In this document: positions 31,892-42,487 of the stretch, piece by piece | How positions within the stretch are numbered: the stretch's first letter is position 1 | How the letters are laid out: every line of letters starts with the position of its first letter | DNA from: Cyanidioschyzon merolae | Lineage: Eukaryota | NCBI GenBank assembly: GCA_000091205.1 | Contig: AP006500.2 | DNA length: 64,000 nt | Direction: 5' to 3' (one strand) | The notes under the pieces: generated by a model | Seen by the model: the letters and a program-made list of their open reading frames with translations, nothing else | Database searches by the model: none | Told to the model about the DNA's origin: nothing | Position numbers and translations under genes: made by a program

Positions 31892-33077
31892 GCCAAGAAA
31901 CCGTGGTGAAGGCAAAGCGCGTCCGAGTCGGACCGGCGTCTCGACGCCAGTGCGTTCCCGGAAGGAGTTCGCTGCACGGTGTTGGATTCCAATTCCCAGG
32001 AATACGAGTACGTTAGTAGATTATTTAGAGGGCATCGCAAGTGCAGCGAGGCTGCGAGAACCGCGCTTCCAGTGACAGGTGCAAGTACTAGACCCCGACG
32101 ACGGACATGCTCCCCGTCACCGTGTTGTTCTATAAAGATGATCTGGTCTAGGTGTTGCTGTTGCTGTTGCAAGCTGATAACGAGAAGCGTGTGCTCGCAC
32201 ATGGATCAGATTTCTGGCACATTGCATCGCTCCATGCAGTGCGTATCGACGCGAGCACAGGCGGGTCACGCGAGTGCCCAGCTACGGGTGCCAAGCAGCG
32301 GATGACGACGTGCATGTCGCTGTGCTTGCTGTGCGCATCTCTCTCGCCGCGACCATATTTGTGGCGGCTCTTTCCGAAGCACGACCATACTTGCGAACTT
32401 GCACACGCAAACGCTAACGAGGTTCCTGGGTCCAGCATCTGTTGTGCATTCGCGACCGATACGCGAACAGCTTTTCGGTGACACACGGCAAGCACATGCC
32501 GCTCTGAATTTTGCCCGCAACCCGGTTTTGCCTTCCACAGGATACCCGTCATCAGAAACGAGAACAGAGTGGTACAATAGCCGCGCGAACTGGTGTAGAG
32601 GGAAACAACCACAGGCCTCGAGCAAAACACAAACTTATTCGTAACCGCGTATCTGCCATATGCCACATGATTCATGAAAACGGCTACGGGACGTCTCTTC
32701 ATGCCGCAACCTCGAGTCGGCGATCTTCTCGACACTGGACGCACGCTCTGAGACATGATTCTGGAGTCGGACGCTCTTGAGCAGCGACCTTGCCACAGTG
32801 ATGCCACGTCGTCCAGGCAACACTAGCCCTTGCATACACACGGATGCAGCCGCCTGCATCACCACCATCGATACAGGTCTGCACCAATAGCAGCAATATT
32901 CCACTTGGTGACGTTGAAGGCGCCCTGCCCGAAACCTCCAGGAAGGTCCTGGCCGCGCTCGCATCGCGCAGACACACCTAGCTGCTCACGATTCTAGTTC
33001 AGCAAGGACTAGTCGCTCGGTGTGCGCCACGTTCGCTTGCTCCCATAAAACATCTATTAGCTGCGAATACGACCTTT

Positions 33078-33785
33078 CTAGTTCGAATCTTTTTTGCCCC
33101 GCAACTGTAGGCTAGTCGAAGACTTGCGATCCGTAATATCCTGATCACGAGACTTGTTCTTGGAATCGCCAGCGTTCGGCCCAGAGCGCTTGCCCTGACC
33201 CGTCTTCCCGTCCTTGACCTTGCTCCCTTTCTCAGGTAGATTCTTTTCATTCATTCGCTGCTGCATTTTTTCCATGGCCTGTTTTTGGACGCGCTCGAGA
33301 AACTTAAGGATTACGTTTTCACCTTTGGAGTCTTTCGGTGGTGGCAAGAAACGCTGGTGCGGCCTTCCCAGTGCCCAGTTCTTCAAGTTCTCATAGGTCG
33401 TCGCACCACATATCCATCCTTTGGTCCTCTTATTGTAGAAAAAGGGAACTCCTCCACAGGACCCATTCTTGTCGAGCTTCTGCAGGAGCCGCAGGTTATC
33501 GTCCGAGTACCAAACCTCGAAGCGACGGATCGGAACCCCCAGTTCCTTCTGCAGTCGCTCCATCAACGGCTCCATATCCACACAGTGATCGCATTCGATC
33601 CCATAAAACTCAAGGAGGTGCGATCGGGAAGCCAGTTCTTTACTCGGCATCGTGAACGCTTCCACGGACGCTGCGTGGTTCAGGAAGCGTCTTGCCCGAA
33701 TGATGGAGAAGGGAGCGTGCTCTGTCGATTGTGCGTACCGCCGCCACTGCCGCCGCCGCCGCCGTCGCCGTGGATGTTTCAGCAA
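33078..33785 (-). CDS. Thioredoxin-fold protein with a CDHC (CxxC) active-site motif, an arginine-rich N-terminal presequence-like region and a lysine-rich C-terminal tail
   Basis: EFYGIECDHCVDMEPLMERL places the CxxC at the thioredoxin-fold N-cap position. A downstream GSCGGVPFFYNKRTKGWICG block is conserved in plant/algal thioredoxin-like families. The MLKHPRRRRRRRQWRRY N-terminus may be a targeting peptide, or the true start may be the internal Met (MPSKEL). Confidence 0.6.
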   Translation of the reverse strand: MLKHPRRRRRRRQWRRYAQSTEHAPFSIIRARRFLNHAASVEAFTMPSKELASRSHLLEFYGIECDHCVDMEPLMERLQKELGVPIRRFEVWYSDDNLRLLQKLDKNGSCGGVPFFYNKRTKGWICGATTYENLKNWALGRPHQRFLPPPKDSKGENVILKFLERVQKQAMEKMQQRMNEKNLPEKGSKVKDGKTGQGKRSGPNAGDSKNKSRDQDITDRKSSTSLQLRGKKDSN

Positions 33786-33983
33786 AGGCCGCTGTCACTC
33801 CGCGATGGCATTTTTGTACAGATTTATACAGAAGCAATCCGGGGTACGGGTAAGCGCACGTTCTGATGCGTGCATTCGTGTTCGGGTCGCTGTGCCGCGG
33901 AATCAAACTTTGGAACTATACCAGAGCGTGATGCAGTTGGCGTGTCGAAAGATAGGGTGTGCTAGCTCGAAAGCTTAAGTATT
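33786..33983. promoter_or_regulatory. Putative bidirectional promoter region (198 bp) between divergently oriented thioredoxin-like and zinc-finger genes
   Basis: Inferred only from the head-to-head arrangement of the two start codons. No motif was verified. Confidence 0.3.
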
Positions 33984-34415
33984 TTGGAGATGGAGAACTT
34001 GCTCCGCCGGGCCAAGCTCTGGAACGTGCCTGAGGGTGACGAGTGGCGCCTCGAAACGTGTCCAACGTGCAACGGCAAGGGTTTGATTATTTGTCCGTGC
34101 TGCCACGGGCGGGGCAAGTGTCTCTCGCTTGTGTTGTTTGTGAATATGGATACGCCGTGTTTGCTGTGCTTCGGAAACCCAGAGGTGACGTGTGGCAACT
34201 GTGAAGGCAACGGTAAGTTCGTCGTGACTCCTGACGGCCGGTACTGGTGCAAGCCGCCCAAGTATCGACGGAAACCGCCTCCGGGTGTGTCGAGCTGGAA
34301 CTTGTTCGCGAATATCCGGTTTCCGACGCAGGAACTGCCGCCCGAAGTCGCTAACGCCATCCGAGGTTTGAAGTTCGACGTTTTCGGTCAGGTGATCAAG
34401 CGCACCAGTGAATAG
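33984..34415 (+). CDS. Small DnaJ-type (CxxCxGxG) zinc-finger protein, BSD2/PSA2-like (143 aa)
   Basis: CPTCNGKGLIICPCCHGRGKC and CLLCFGNPEVTCGNCEGNGKF give four CxxC(x)G(x)G units typical of the DnaJ cysteine-rich domain. Confidence 0.65.
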   Translation: MEMENLLRRAKLWNVPEGDEWRLETCPTCNGKGLIICPCCHGRGKCLSLVLFVNMDTPCLLCFGNPEVTCGNCEGNGKFVVTPDGRYWCKPPKYRRKPPPGVSSWNLFANIRFPTQELPPEVANAIRGLKFDVFGQVIKRTSE

Positions 34416-34536
34416 TGGGGTAATTGTACAGGTGCGCGCTTCTCGTTTCTCGCTGGTATTCTAGAAGAGCATTTTATACCGTAGTGTTGAGAAAATTCGA
34501 TCAGAAAGGCTGCATGATTTCGCTGATCGTTTGCGA

Positions 34537-36146
34537 AAAACGGCATTATTTATGCAAGTCAGATGGATTACCGTCAGCAGGCACACGAATGGTCCATCTC
34601 GTCGTCCGTATCCTGAACGTCATGCACCCGAAAGAGAACATATCCAGCTCCATCTACATGAAGATCTCGTCGTCAATCGATTCAACTTTATACGAGTCCA
34701 AAGGCAGGTCACCACGAAAACGCCACAGAATGTAAAGTTTCCGTACCGTTGATGCGAGCGTTAAAGCAGAGACTCGGCCGGAAGAAGTGAAACGCATGCG
34801 TCCACGGGAGACCGTCTCGCGTTGATCAGTACGCGATCGGGGTCGACCTGGAATGCGAGCAGTTGGTACAGGATCCACGGGTAGTCGTCTGACTCGAGAG
34901 AGAAGCGGTAGCGTTATACGGGGGCACACAAAGAGAAGCCCGCGTTCTGTCGGTAAACAGGAGACAAGAACGCGTGACGACGACTCGAGCCGGAATCAGT
35001 GGGTCAGTGGTGTGCTCGCTGACGAATCCGAAAAAAAACGAACAGGATCATTCGATACGACATCCTTGGTCGAGGCACGTTTGCGGCTTGTCCGCAACGC
35101 ATTCGTCAGCCGTGCTCTTTGACAACGTCGGCTTCTCTCATTCAAAAGCGGTCACGAACTACGCAGCTGAGACTGGCGTTGAGCCGCTCCTCGTGCCTGC
35201 CTATGCTCCCTGCGTCGGTCAAGTCAGAGGCGTCTTCGTGGTGATCAAATGTCATGTTTGCGTTCACGGATCAATGCACGAGCACTTCGCATCCCGAACA
35301 CCGGTATTCCGCAAATCGTGCTTCGACCAGTGGTGATCGTCGATTCCAGGTACGGCCGGTTCCCCGTGGCCAACGCTGTACCTCTTCATCCGGAGGAGAG
35401 ATCCAACGCCTGGATGGAGAGTAATCGGATCTGCTCAATTCTTCCGGGGCTCGTTATCTTCGGGCGTCCGGCGGCATGCCAGTGTATGGAATACCGACTT
35501 CCACATCCATATCGACGCTCTCAGCACAGTATCTAAGAGAAGCGAGTCTTTCTGCGCTGTATTCAGGGTGCGTCCATGAGACCGCGCTGCGGTCGTCGAC
35601 GATTTTCGGTAGCATCGCGTCAAGGAGCGCGTGCTCACGAAATGATTCTTCGAGTTGGAAACGGAGATCGCTGATAACTCGCGTTCTCCCATCGTAGCTG
35701 ATGGCGCTGGACATGCTGGAGCGCGCAGAGCCAGCACTCCTGATTCTATGATAAGCGCGTATCCAACAAGTGCAGTCATCGATTTTACACGATTCCCGTC
35801 GATGCGTTGAGGGTGCCGTCCACGAATCATGGGCAGGTTTCCACCTTGAAACAACTCGGTAAGCAGTGCGTGAAACAGAGACAGATGTCCGAGATTGGTG
35901 CACGAACCGTTAACCGAAAGTCGAATGGCGCGAAAAATCGAAAGTGAGCGGCTCGCTAGCGTCTGCTGCCACCAGCAGCAACCGAGCGCACAAGCACTTT
36001 CCTTACCGAGATCTGAACGCCTCAATCAACCTTCGGAAATATCGTCTGTTTCCAAAGCGTCTACTGGTTCTGTATCGAACGCACGCTCGAAGGAATCGTT
36101 GCGTACGTCGTGCAGATATGTTGCTGAAATGCAGGATACTTTCCAT
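34537..36146 (-). repeat. Inverted-repeat copy B (~1.6 kb), reverse complement of 23606-25222
   Basis: See copy A. Nucleotide identity inferred from the peptide comparisons is about 98-99%. Confidence 0.9.
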
Positions 36147-37776
36147 GAAAGACTCAGAGGCCAGAAGCGAGCGCATTGGAATCCCGGCTGGAGCATACCA
36201 CTAGAATATCGTACGGTTCAGCAATGTAGATAGGCTATGGCGCCGTATACAACATCTCGGAACGCTTTTTCGTCGTCATTAGCGTATGACCATGGCACTC
36301 CAGTTTTCCATGTCACTGGGTATCTCAGGCGCAAGTCTTATCAGCCTCTCGAGAAACACGGACGCAGTCCGGAACCCGATTGACCGATACACTTGGCCGG
36401 CTATGGAGCAGACGCTTTCCGTTGCCTTATCAGGCCAAATTACAGTGTACAACTCTGTCATGCCGCCTGGTTCGATTGCTCGAGTACGGCGTCGGATTAC
36501 CGCTTCTCGGAGCGCTGGCTAAGAACATGCAGTGTTCGTACATTGAAGCAATTGCCCTGACGACATTCCAGGGTCGCTGGGAAGGCGATGCATTTTAGAA
36601 TGGTCGCACAATATGCAGCTTGACAAGGTTCCGCGTCAATGTTGCGGTCGGCGTTCGAATGCGTTATGCGGTGTCCTGCTCCTCGAGTCATGCACGCTTC
36701 TTTCTATCCATGCCCTGGACGCTTCTCCAAACCACAGCTAGCGCTATGCGGTCAAGCGCCTCAAAGCGTCCGATCGTATTCATCTGGTTTGGCGCTACTA
36801 GGGTCCACAGAAACGCAAGCATTCAGATGAACTGAGAAAAAAGCAGCGCCTGGCAGCACAAGCTGCACGCTCATGGACGCTGCATTCACGCAGTGACCAC
36901 GTAACCAGCGAGAGACGGATATGCACATACAGACGCGGGACCGTCCAGAATTTCGGGTACATGTACGCAAACATGCACCGACCGCTTCGTATCGAAAACA
37001 CCCAAGGACTAGAGCCTTCCGTCGTTTATCAAACCGGGGTGTGATGACCCACGACCGAAACGCACGCTTTCTGCTCGCCGTAAAACGCGCGTGGAACAAC
37101 TCCATAGCTGTCGAGTGTCCAGCTACATACCTGGAGCCCAGATAGCAACTCGTGAAGCCGTCAATACGAACTCCAATCGGGGTTCAAAATCTGCGAACAT
37201 GACCATTAGATTTCGATGCCCGTTCATCGGTGCTCACTGCTGACCTCGATTCCCGCCTAGTCGCTGTCCCACTGTTCCAGATTCTCCTCCTGATTTCTCC
37301 ACAGCGACCGAAGCTCCATGCGATCCGGGGCGGCTGGCGTGTACCAAGGTCTGCATAGCTTCTGTGGAACGCTTCCGCTAGACATGCATCGTTTGTATGC
37401 TCTCCTGTGTGCCTCGGGAGTCGAAGCTGTTGAGGGTAAACTCGACTATGAAAGGCACCATGATTCTGCGGTTGCGAAGCAGCGCATACTCGATACGTTC
37501 ATTGTCGAGTAATCGGCTCCGATCGAGTTACTTGCGGGGCGGCATGCCGATACTTTTTCGATGAATCAGCACCGCCGCGCTTTTCAAAGTAGCGACCTGT
37601 ACCATGATGCACTGCACTGCCCATAGCGGACAAACTTTCGGCCATGGCTTCCGGAATGACCATCATCCTCTCCGACACAGGAGCCAGGACTGCTGAATCC
37701 AAGCACGACGCTCAACCAATCCACCCGAGTACGCTACCGGGGTACCGTGCTTCGCATTCGCCCCCCTGTAAACTGT

Positions 37777-38457
37777 CTAACTTTCGAAGAAAATGCTCGA
37801 CAGCCAGCCGAAAACGCTATCGAGCACGTATATGTAACTAACAGACAAGACTAAGAAGATGACAGATATCACAAGAATCCGCAGTGTTCGTTTCGGCGAG
37901 GGCCACTCGATCATCCGGAACTCGTCGGCAAGGTCCAACAGGAACACTATCCACGCCGGCAGACCCGACGTCTCCCGCAACTTCACTCGCCGCATGAAAG
38001 CCACTTCTCGCTCGATTCGTGCGTCCCACTGCTCATTAGGAGTTTGTTTTGGCACTTGATCGACGACCTTGTCAACGTGGTTCGAGATCCAGGGAAACAG
38101 CGCTTCACCTTCACCCGGGTTTGCAACGGCTGCGCTCGTCGACGCCCGCGTCTCCCGGGCAGTTTCAGCGTGCTCGTTCGTTCTTCGGGCGCCGTTTGTG
38201 TTTTCAGTACGCTTCCCAGACTCGATAAGCCGTTCGTCGTCACGTTCTCCTTCGTTCTGAGCGCACCGAAGGCGCGCCGAACGAGGTCTCACCCGAACGG
38301 CAGCAGCAGCAGCACGTTGCCGTCGTCCAAACGGTGCACAGCAGGTTGCTGCTCCTCCCAGCGCGAAACGTCCACGAGTGTAACGAAGTGTCTGTAGAGC
38401 AAAAGCGCTCGTTCTCGAAGCCGCAATCCTTTGATCCATTTCTGGTGCAACAATCAA
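37777..38457 (-). CDS. SecE-like tail-anchored protein with an Ala/Arg-rich transit-peptide-like N-terminus (226 aa)
   Basis: C-terminus EFRMIEWPSPKRTLRILVISVIFLVLSVSYIYVLDSVFGWL follows the bacterial/plastid SecE pattern (basic, W-P-x-R/K-x-E/T, single TM, LD..F.WL). N-terminus MIVAPEMDQRIAASRTSAFALQTLRYTRGRFALGGAA...RRQRAAAAAVRVRPRS resembles algal transit peptides. The identification rests on a short motif. Confidence 0.4.
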   Translation of the reverse strand: MIVAPEMDQRIAASRTSAFALQTLRYTRGRFALGGAATCCAPFGRRQRAAAAAVRVRPRSARLRCAQNEGERDDERLIESGKRTENTNGARRTNEHAETARETRASTSAAVANPGEGEALFPWISNHVDKVVDQVPKQTPNEQWDARIEREVAFMRRVKLRETSGLPAWIVFLLDLADEFRMIEWPSPKRTLRILVISVIFLVLSVSYIYVLDSVFGWLSSIFFES

Positions 38458-39375
38458 ACGGCTACGAGCCGAACAAGTCCACCGGTGTTAACGGAGTGCA
38501 GAGGCCTGTGCTCCCGGACGCAGATCGCATCTGCACTAGTTCACGTGCGACGTGCAGGATGCTCACTGGGCATCGCATACATTATTGTGATATTCGCATC
38601 AGAATAACATCGCCTGCTGCTGGGATGAGGTGCTTGGCGGGGTTCGCTTATGCGCAGCGGTGACGCCTGCACTGCAATATAGCTGCCTTCGTGGCTTCAG
38701 AGTTTCATGGGTGTGTCGTGTCTGCAAATGACGCTGCATACCGCGCTCGGGTTCATGGGGCCCGGGCACAGCCTCGCAGCGTAGTGTTGCGTTGGATGCG
38801 GGCTCAGCGTTCGCCAGTCATGTGCTTCGTATCGCTTCCAAAGAATGCTGCTGGAGCGATTCCACGAAACGGCTCGCTGTCGAGTAGCGACATGGTCCTG
38901 GGTGTCGTTGGACATCAGTCGGATAACATCTGGTACCGTCGGTGATGGAACGGTGGAGCGGAATCCCGAATTAGCGTAGTCGGACGCGATGCTCCGGAAC
39001 GGTGTGTTGTCCCGGATACGAGATGGCTTTCTTTCTTTATGGACAGTGGAAGTCTACAGCAGCGTTGTCTTTAGAGCGTGGATAATGTTGTCGCTGAAAG
39101 CAAATCGAGGTACCGTGCAACGATCGCAGCGAAGCGACTCGGGTACCCGCTGGACGAGCATCGCAAGACTGCAGGCGTCGCACGCCGCGCTGGAGACGCT
39201 CGTGTTCGAACTTGTGCGGTGCGAGCGGCAAAGACGCCTTTTGAGATGTTATCCAGTTTTGACTGGTCCACGTAGAGGGTCATGTAACGAACAATGCCAG
39301 GATTTCTGTGGAAGACATTCTCGGAGCGTTGCGCTGAGCCCGGCGTAGCCGCCTTCACCATCACTAATAGGAATG

Positions 39376-39790
39376 TCGCTCCCAAACGGAATCAGTTTAT
39401 AGTGTTATGGACACGATGTAGACACCTCGGAATAAGTTATATTTTTGGACTTCACTGCTCCGAACGGAATCAGTGTGTTGTATCATGGATACCATCTAGA
39501 CACCTCGGAATAAGTTATATTTTTGGACTTCACTGCTCCGAACGGAATCAGTGTGTTGTATCATGGATACCATCTAGACACCTCGGAATAAGTTATATTT
39601 TTGGACTTCACTGCTCCGAACGGAATCAGTATGTTGTATCATGGATACCATCTAGACACCTCGGAATAAGTTATATTTTTGGACTTCACTGCTCCGAACG
39701 GAATCAGTGTGTTGTTTCATGGATACCATGTAGAAACCTCTAAATACGTAATACTTCTCGACTTCACTGCTCCAAATGCGCATCCCAAGG
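39376..39790. repeat. Minisatellite, 78-bp unit x ~5.3 copies, AT-richer than its surroundings, ending ~100 bp upstream of the ORF at 39887
   Basis: Unit cactgctccgaacggaatcagtgtgttgtatcatggataccatctagacacctcggaataagttatatttttggactt. Full copies start at 39452, 39530, 39608 and 39686, with diverged copies at both ends. Confidence 0.9.
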
Positions 39791-39886
39791 CGTACTATCT
39801 ATCCGTGTTCCTCCCGGTATCCTCGTATTTTTTCGCTCGCCTTGGTAAGGCGTCAACCCTGAGGTCTGGTTTACGTTGCGTAGTGT

Positions 39887-40510
39887 TTGGACTTGCTGGA
39901 AAGGGTTCAATCAACCGCAGCCGCTAAGCTCGACACCAGACGTATGCCCACTTACCACGTGTTGCGGGACGGCGTCTACTTGGCCCCAGTTCACAAGGCT
40001 GGCGTACTAGCCGACCTCGTCGATGACCGTTGGCGCCGCGACGCGCTCCCGCTGGAACCGGTCCCGCTGCCGGTTGGCACTATACTCGCTGACGATGACC
40101 AGCTCTTCGAGGATCTGGCACCGATCATTTCGGAAGATGCCGAGTATACCTGGGACGCCGCAGAAACAGAGGAGCTTGCAGCGCTCGCCGGTGACTGGCG
40201 TGGTTTGCAGCCTGAAACCGGACCGGATGTACCTCCAGGCGCTGAAGAGATAGGCTCTCGGGGTGATAACCCAGCAACAGGCGTGGGAACGAACGCAGAC
40301 AACAGCTCGAGTCGAGCCATTTGGGCGTCGCCTGCGTGGCGAACTACGCAGCAACGGCAGGCACTGCTCTCGCAGTGGTCGTCGATGCAGCCGGCAACTC
40401 TGCCGAGGGAGCGGGGACCCAACGCACTGGCGGAAGTGCTCTGGCGAAGGCACCGACGAACCTCTGGACTGGACCTTAACCTGGAGGTAACACCGCCGGA
40501 ACCTCTGTGA
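39887..40510 (+). CDS. Hypothetical acidic protein (207 aa)
   Basis: ORF with D/E-rich protein-like composition, flanked upstream by the 78-bp array and immediately downstream by a 128-bp x2 duplication. No recognisable domain. Confidence 0.35.
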   Translation: MDLLERVQSTAAAKLDTRRMPTYHVLRDGVYLAPVHKAGVLADLVDDRWRRDALPLEPVPLPVGTILADDDQLFEDLAPIISEDAEYTWDAAETEELAALAGDWRGLQPETGPDVPPGAEEIGSRGDNPATGVGTNADNSSSRAIWASPAWRTTQQRQALLSQWSSMQPATLPRERGPNALAEVLWRRHRRTSGLDLNLEVTPPEPL

Positions 40511-40520
40511 GGAGGGAATT

Positions 40521-40765
40521 TCGTGCATCCATCCCGCGTAAACGCAACACTGCTCGCACAGCTCGGTTTACCTAGGCCTCCTATGTGAATCGCAAATGCT
40601 AGCACCTGCCTCTACACTTTTCTGAAGCATTCATTCCAACAAGCAACGTCGTGCATCCATCCCGCGTAAACGCAACAATTCTCGCACAGCTCGGTTTACC
40701 TAGGCCTCCTATGTGAATCGCAAATGCTAGCACCTGCCTCTACACTTTTCTGAAGCATCCATTCC
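40521..40765. repeat. Tandem duplication, ~128-bp unit x2, starting 10 bp after the stop of ORF 39887-40510
   Basis: tcgtgcatccatcccgcgtaaacgcaaca.t.ctcgcacagctcggtttacctaggcctcctatgtgaatcgcaaatgctagcacctgcctctacacttttctgaagcat.cattcca occurs at 40521 and again at 40649 with about 3 mismatches. Confidence 0.9.
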
Positions 40766-41080
40766 AGTGCCTTCTCAGCGGAATACTGCCTTGGCGTCGT
40801 AGGCGGCCGCTGAGCGGCTGCCGAACACAGTCGGGTACCACGCGTACCGGTAAACGCGTCTATAGAGACAAAAGAGACCTGGGGTCCCCGGATACCGCAC
40901 TGTACTGAATACCGCGAGGCCTCAGTTGAGGTTTCTGATACATCGTACCGGCGCAAGGGTCAGTTGACTCGTCACCTCGGTGCTGCGTTCGACGGTAGCT
41001 GGTTCAGGGTGCCCTACCAGCGCCAGCGTCACCTTGTCCACAGCGAGCGGCACTGAAGGTATACGAGCGCTGCCGCTGAC

Positions 41081-42487
41081 ATGTGGTTGCGCGCTGTGAC
41101 CTCGTTACCTCGCTCCGTCTATATTCATATACCGTTTTGCCGACGACGTTGTTACTATTGTGACTTTGCCGTTTTGCCGGTTGGGCACTCGACGCGCGAA
41201 GTATCGCAGCGACTTTGGGAGCAGCTCCAGGAGCTGAGCGCACAGGGACGTTCGCAGCACGCGCTCACTGCACCGTCGACGTCCTCGGACCGCACGCTAG
41301 ACCGAATTTATGTCGATGCCGTCATAAGTGAAGTCTCGCAGACTCTTGAGCGGCTTCCTGATCGGCCGAGCTCGCTGCCGGAGCTCGATACGATTTATAT
41401 CGGAGGCGGGACGCCGTCGCTTCTACATGTAGACGAGTTGGCGCGGCTCCTGAGTGTCTTGCCTCGTAGCGGACACACTGAAGTCACCATGGAACTGGAC
41501 CCGGGCACATTTGATGCGGTGCGTTTGCATCAGTACCGTGACCTGGGTATCACACGAGTCTCGGTCGGTGTGCAAGCCCTGTCGGATGAGGTGCTGCGAG
41601 CCTGCGGCCGCAGCCACACGGTGAGAGATATTGAGCGCGCACTCGATGATCTTCATCGCTGTGGCTTTGGTGATGCCTACTCTCTCGACCTGATCTGCGG
41701 CTTACCAAACCTGAGCCCAGGCGCTTGGAGCGAAACCCTAGCAAGGATTGGAACCTGGAAGCCTCCGCATGTTTCGATCTATGATCTCAGCATTGAGTCA
41801 GGGACTCGATTTGCGGCGTGGTTGCGAGACGGGCTGCTCCAATTACCCTTGGAAGATGAAGCTGCAGAGATGCTCAGGGAAGCCATGATAACGTTGCGGG
41901 AAACGTACGGCTTCGATCACTACGAGGTCAGCAACTATGCAAGGGAACCAGCGCTGCGCTCGCGGCATAACCAAATCTACTGGCGTGGAGGCGAGTACTT
42001 TGGATTTGGATTAAGTGCAAGTTCGTATGTGCATGGCAAACGCTTCGACCGGCATCGGCAGCTTAAGGAGTATCTGGAATGGGTTTATTCCGGATGTTTA
42101 CCGTTTGACGAGGTCGCCGGCGACACACTCGATGAATGGCTCATGCTGCGTCTTCGCACACAAGAGGGCCTCTCGTTGGATGCATTGCAGGAGCGCTTTG
42201 GAGCACAAACCGTCGACCGTCTGCGGATCGCTGCGGAACCTTTTTGCAGAAGCAGACACTTGGCCTTTCGTGATGACGCGCACGGCATATCGTTGTATGC
42301 GACGGATCCAGACGGCTGGCTTATTCTTTCACATATTGTCTTGGAGTTGCTTGTAGCGCTGGAAGGCTTCCAGGATCGCTCGCCTGCACGACCAAACGGC
42401 AACATTGCTGGCTGCAACGAGGACGCGTTGAAGCCGGTGCTCCTATACGAAACCTCCTCAACCAGAGCTCAAGCCCCAAACTCGTAA
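41081..42487 (+). CDS. hemW: Radical SAM protein of the HemW/RSAD1 family (oxygen-independent coproporphyrinogen III oxidase-like heme chaperone), 468 aa
   Basis: N-terminal SVYIHIPFCRRRCYYCDFAV gives the CxxxCxxC radical-SAM cluster motif in the HemN/HemW context. IYIGGGTPSLL is the conserved HemW SAM-binding G-rich motif. The overall length matches HemW/RSAD1. Confidence 0.8.
   Translation: MWLRAVTSLPRSVYIHIPFCRRRCYYCDFAVLPVGHSTREVSQRLWEQLQELSAQGRSQHALTAPSTSSDRTLDRIYVDAVISEVSQTLERLPDRPSSLPELDTIYIGGGTPSLLHVDELARLLSVLPRSGHTEVTMELDPGTFDAVRLHQYRDLGITRVSVGVQALSDEVLRACGRSHTVRDIERALDDLHRCGFGDAYSLDLICGLPNLSPGAWSETLARIGTWKPPHVSIYDLSIESGTRFAAWLRDGLLQLPLEDEAAEMLREAMITLRETYGFDHYEVSNYAREPALRSRHNQIYWRGGEYFGFGLSASSYVHGKRFDRHRQLKEYLEWVYSGCLPFDEVAGDTLDEWLMLRLRTQEGLSLDALQERFGAQTVDRLRIAAEPFCRSRHLAFRDDAHGISLYATDPDGWLILSHIVLELLVALEGFQDRSPARPNGNIAGCNEDALKPVLLYETSSTRAQAPNS

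Noticed and set aside
39376-39790. Regularly spaced direct repeats, considered as a possible CRISPR-like array
   Set aside because: The units are contiguous with no unique spacers, the context is eukaryotic, and the unit is 78 bp. It is a minisatellite, not CRISPR.
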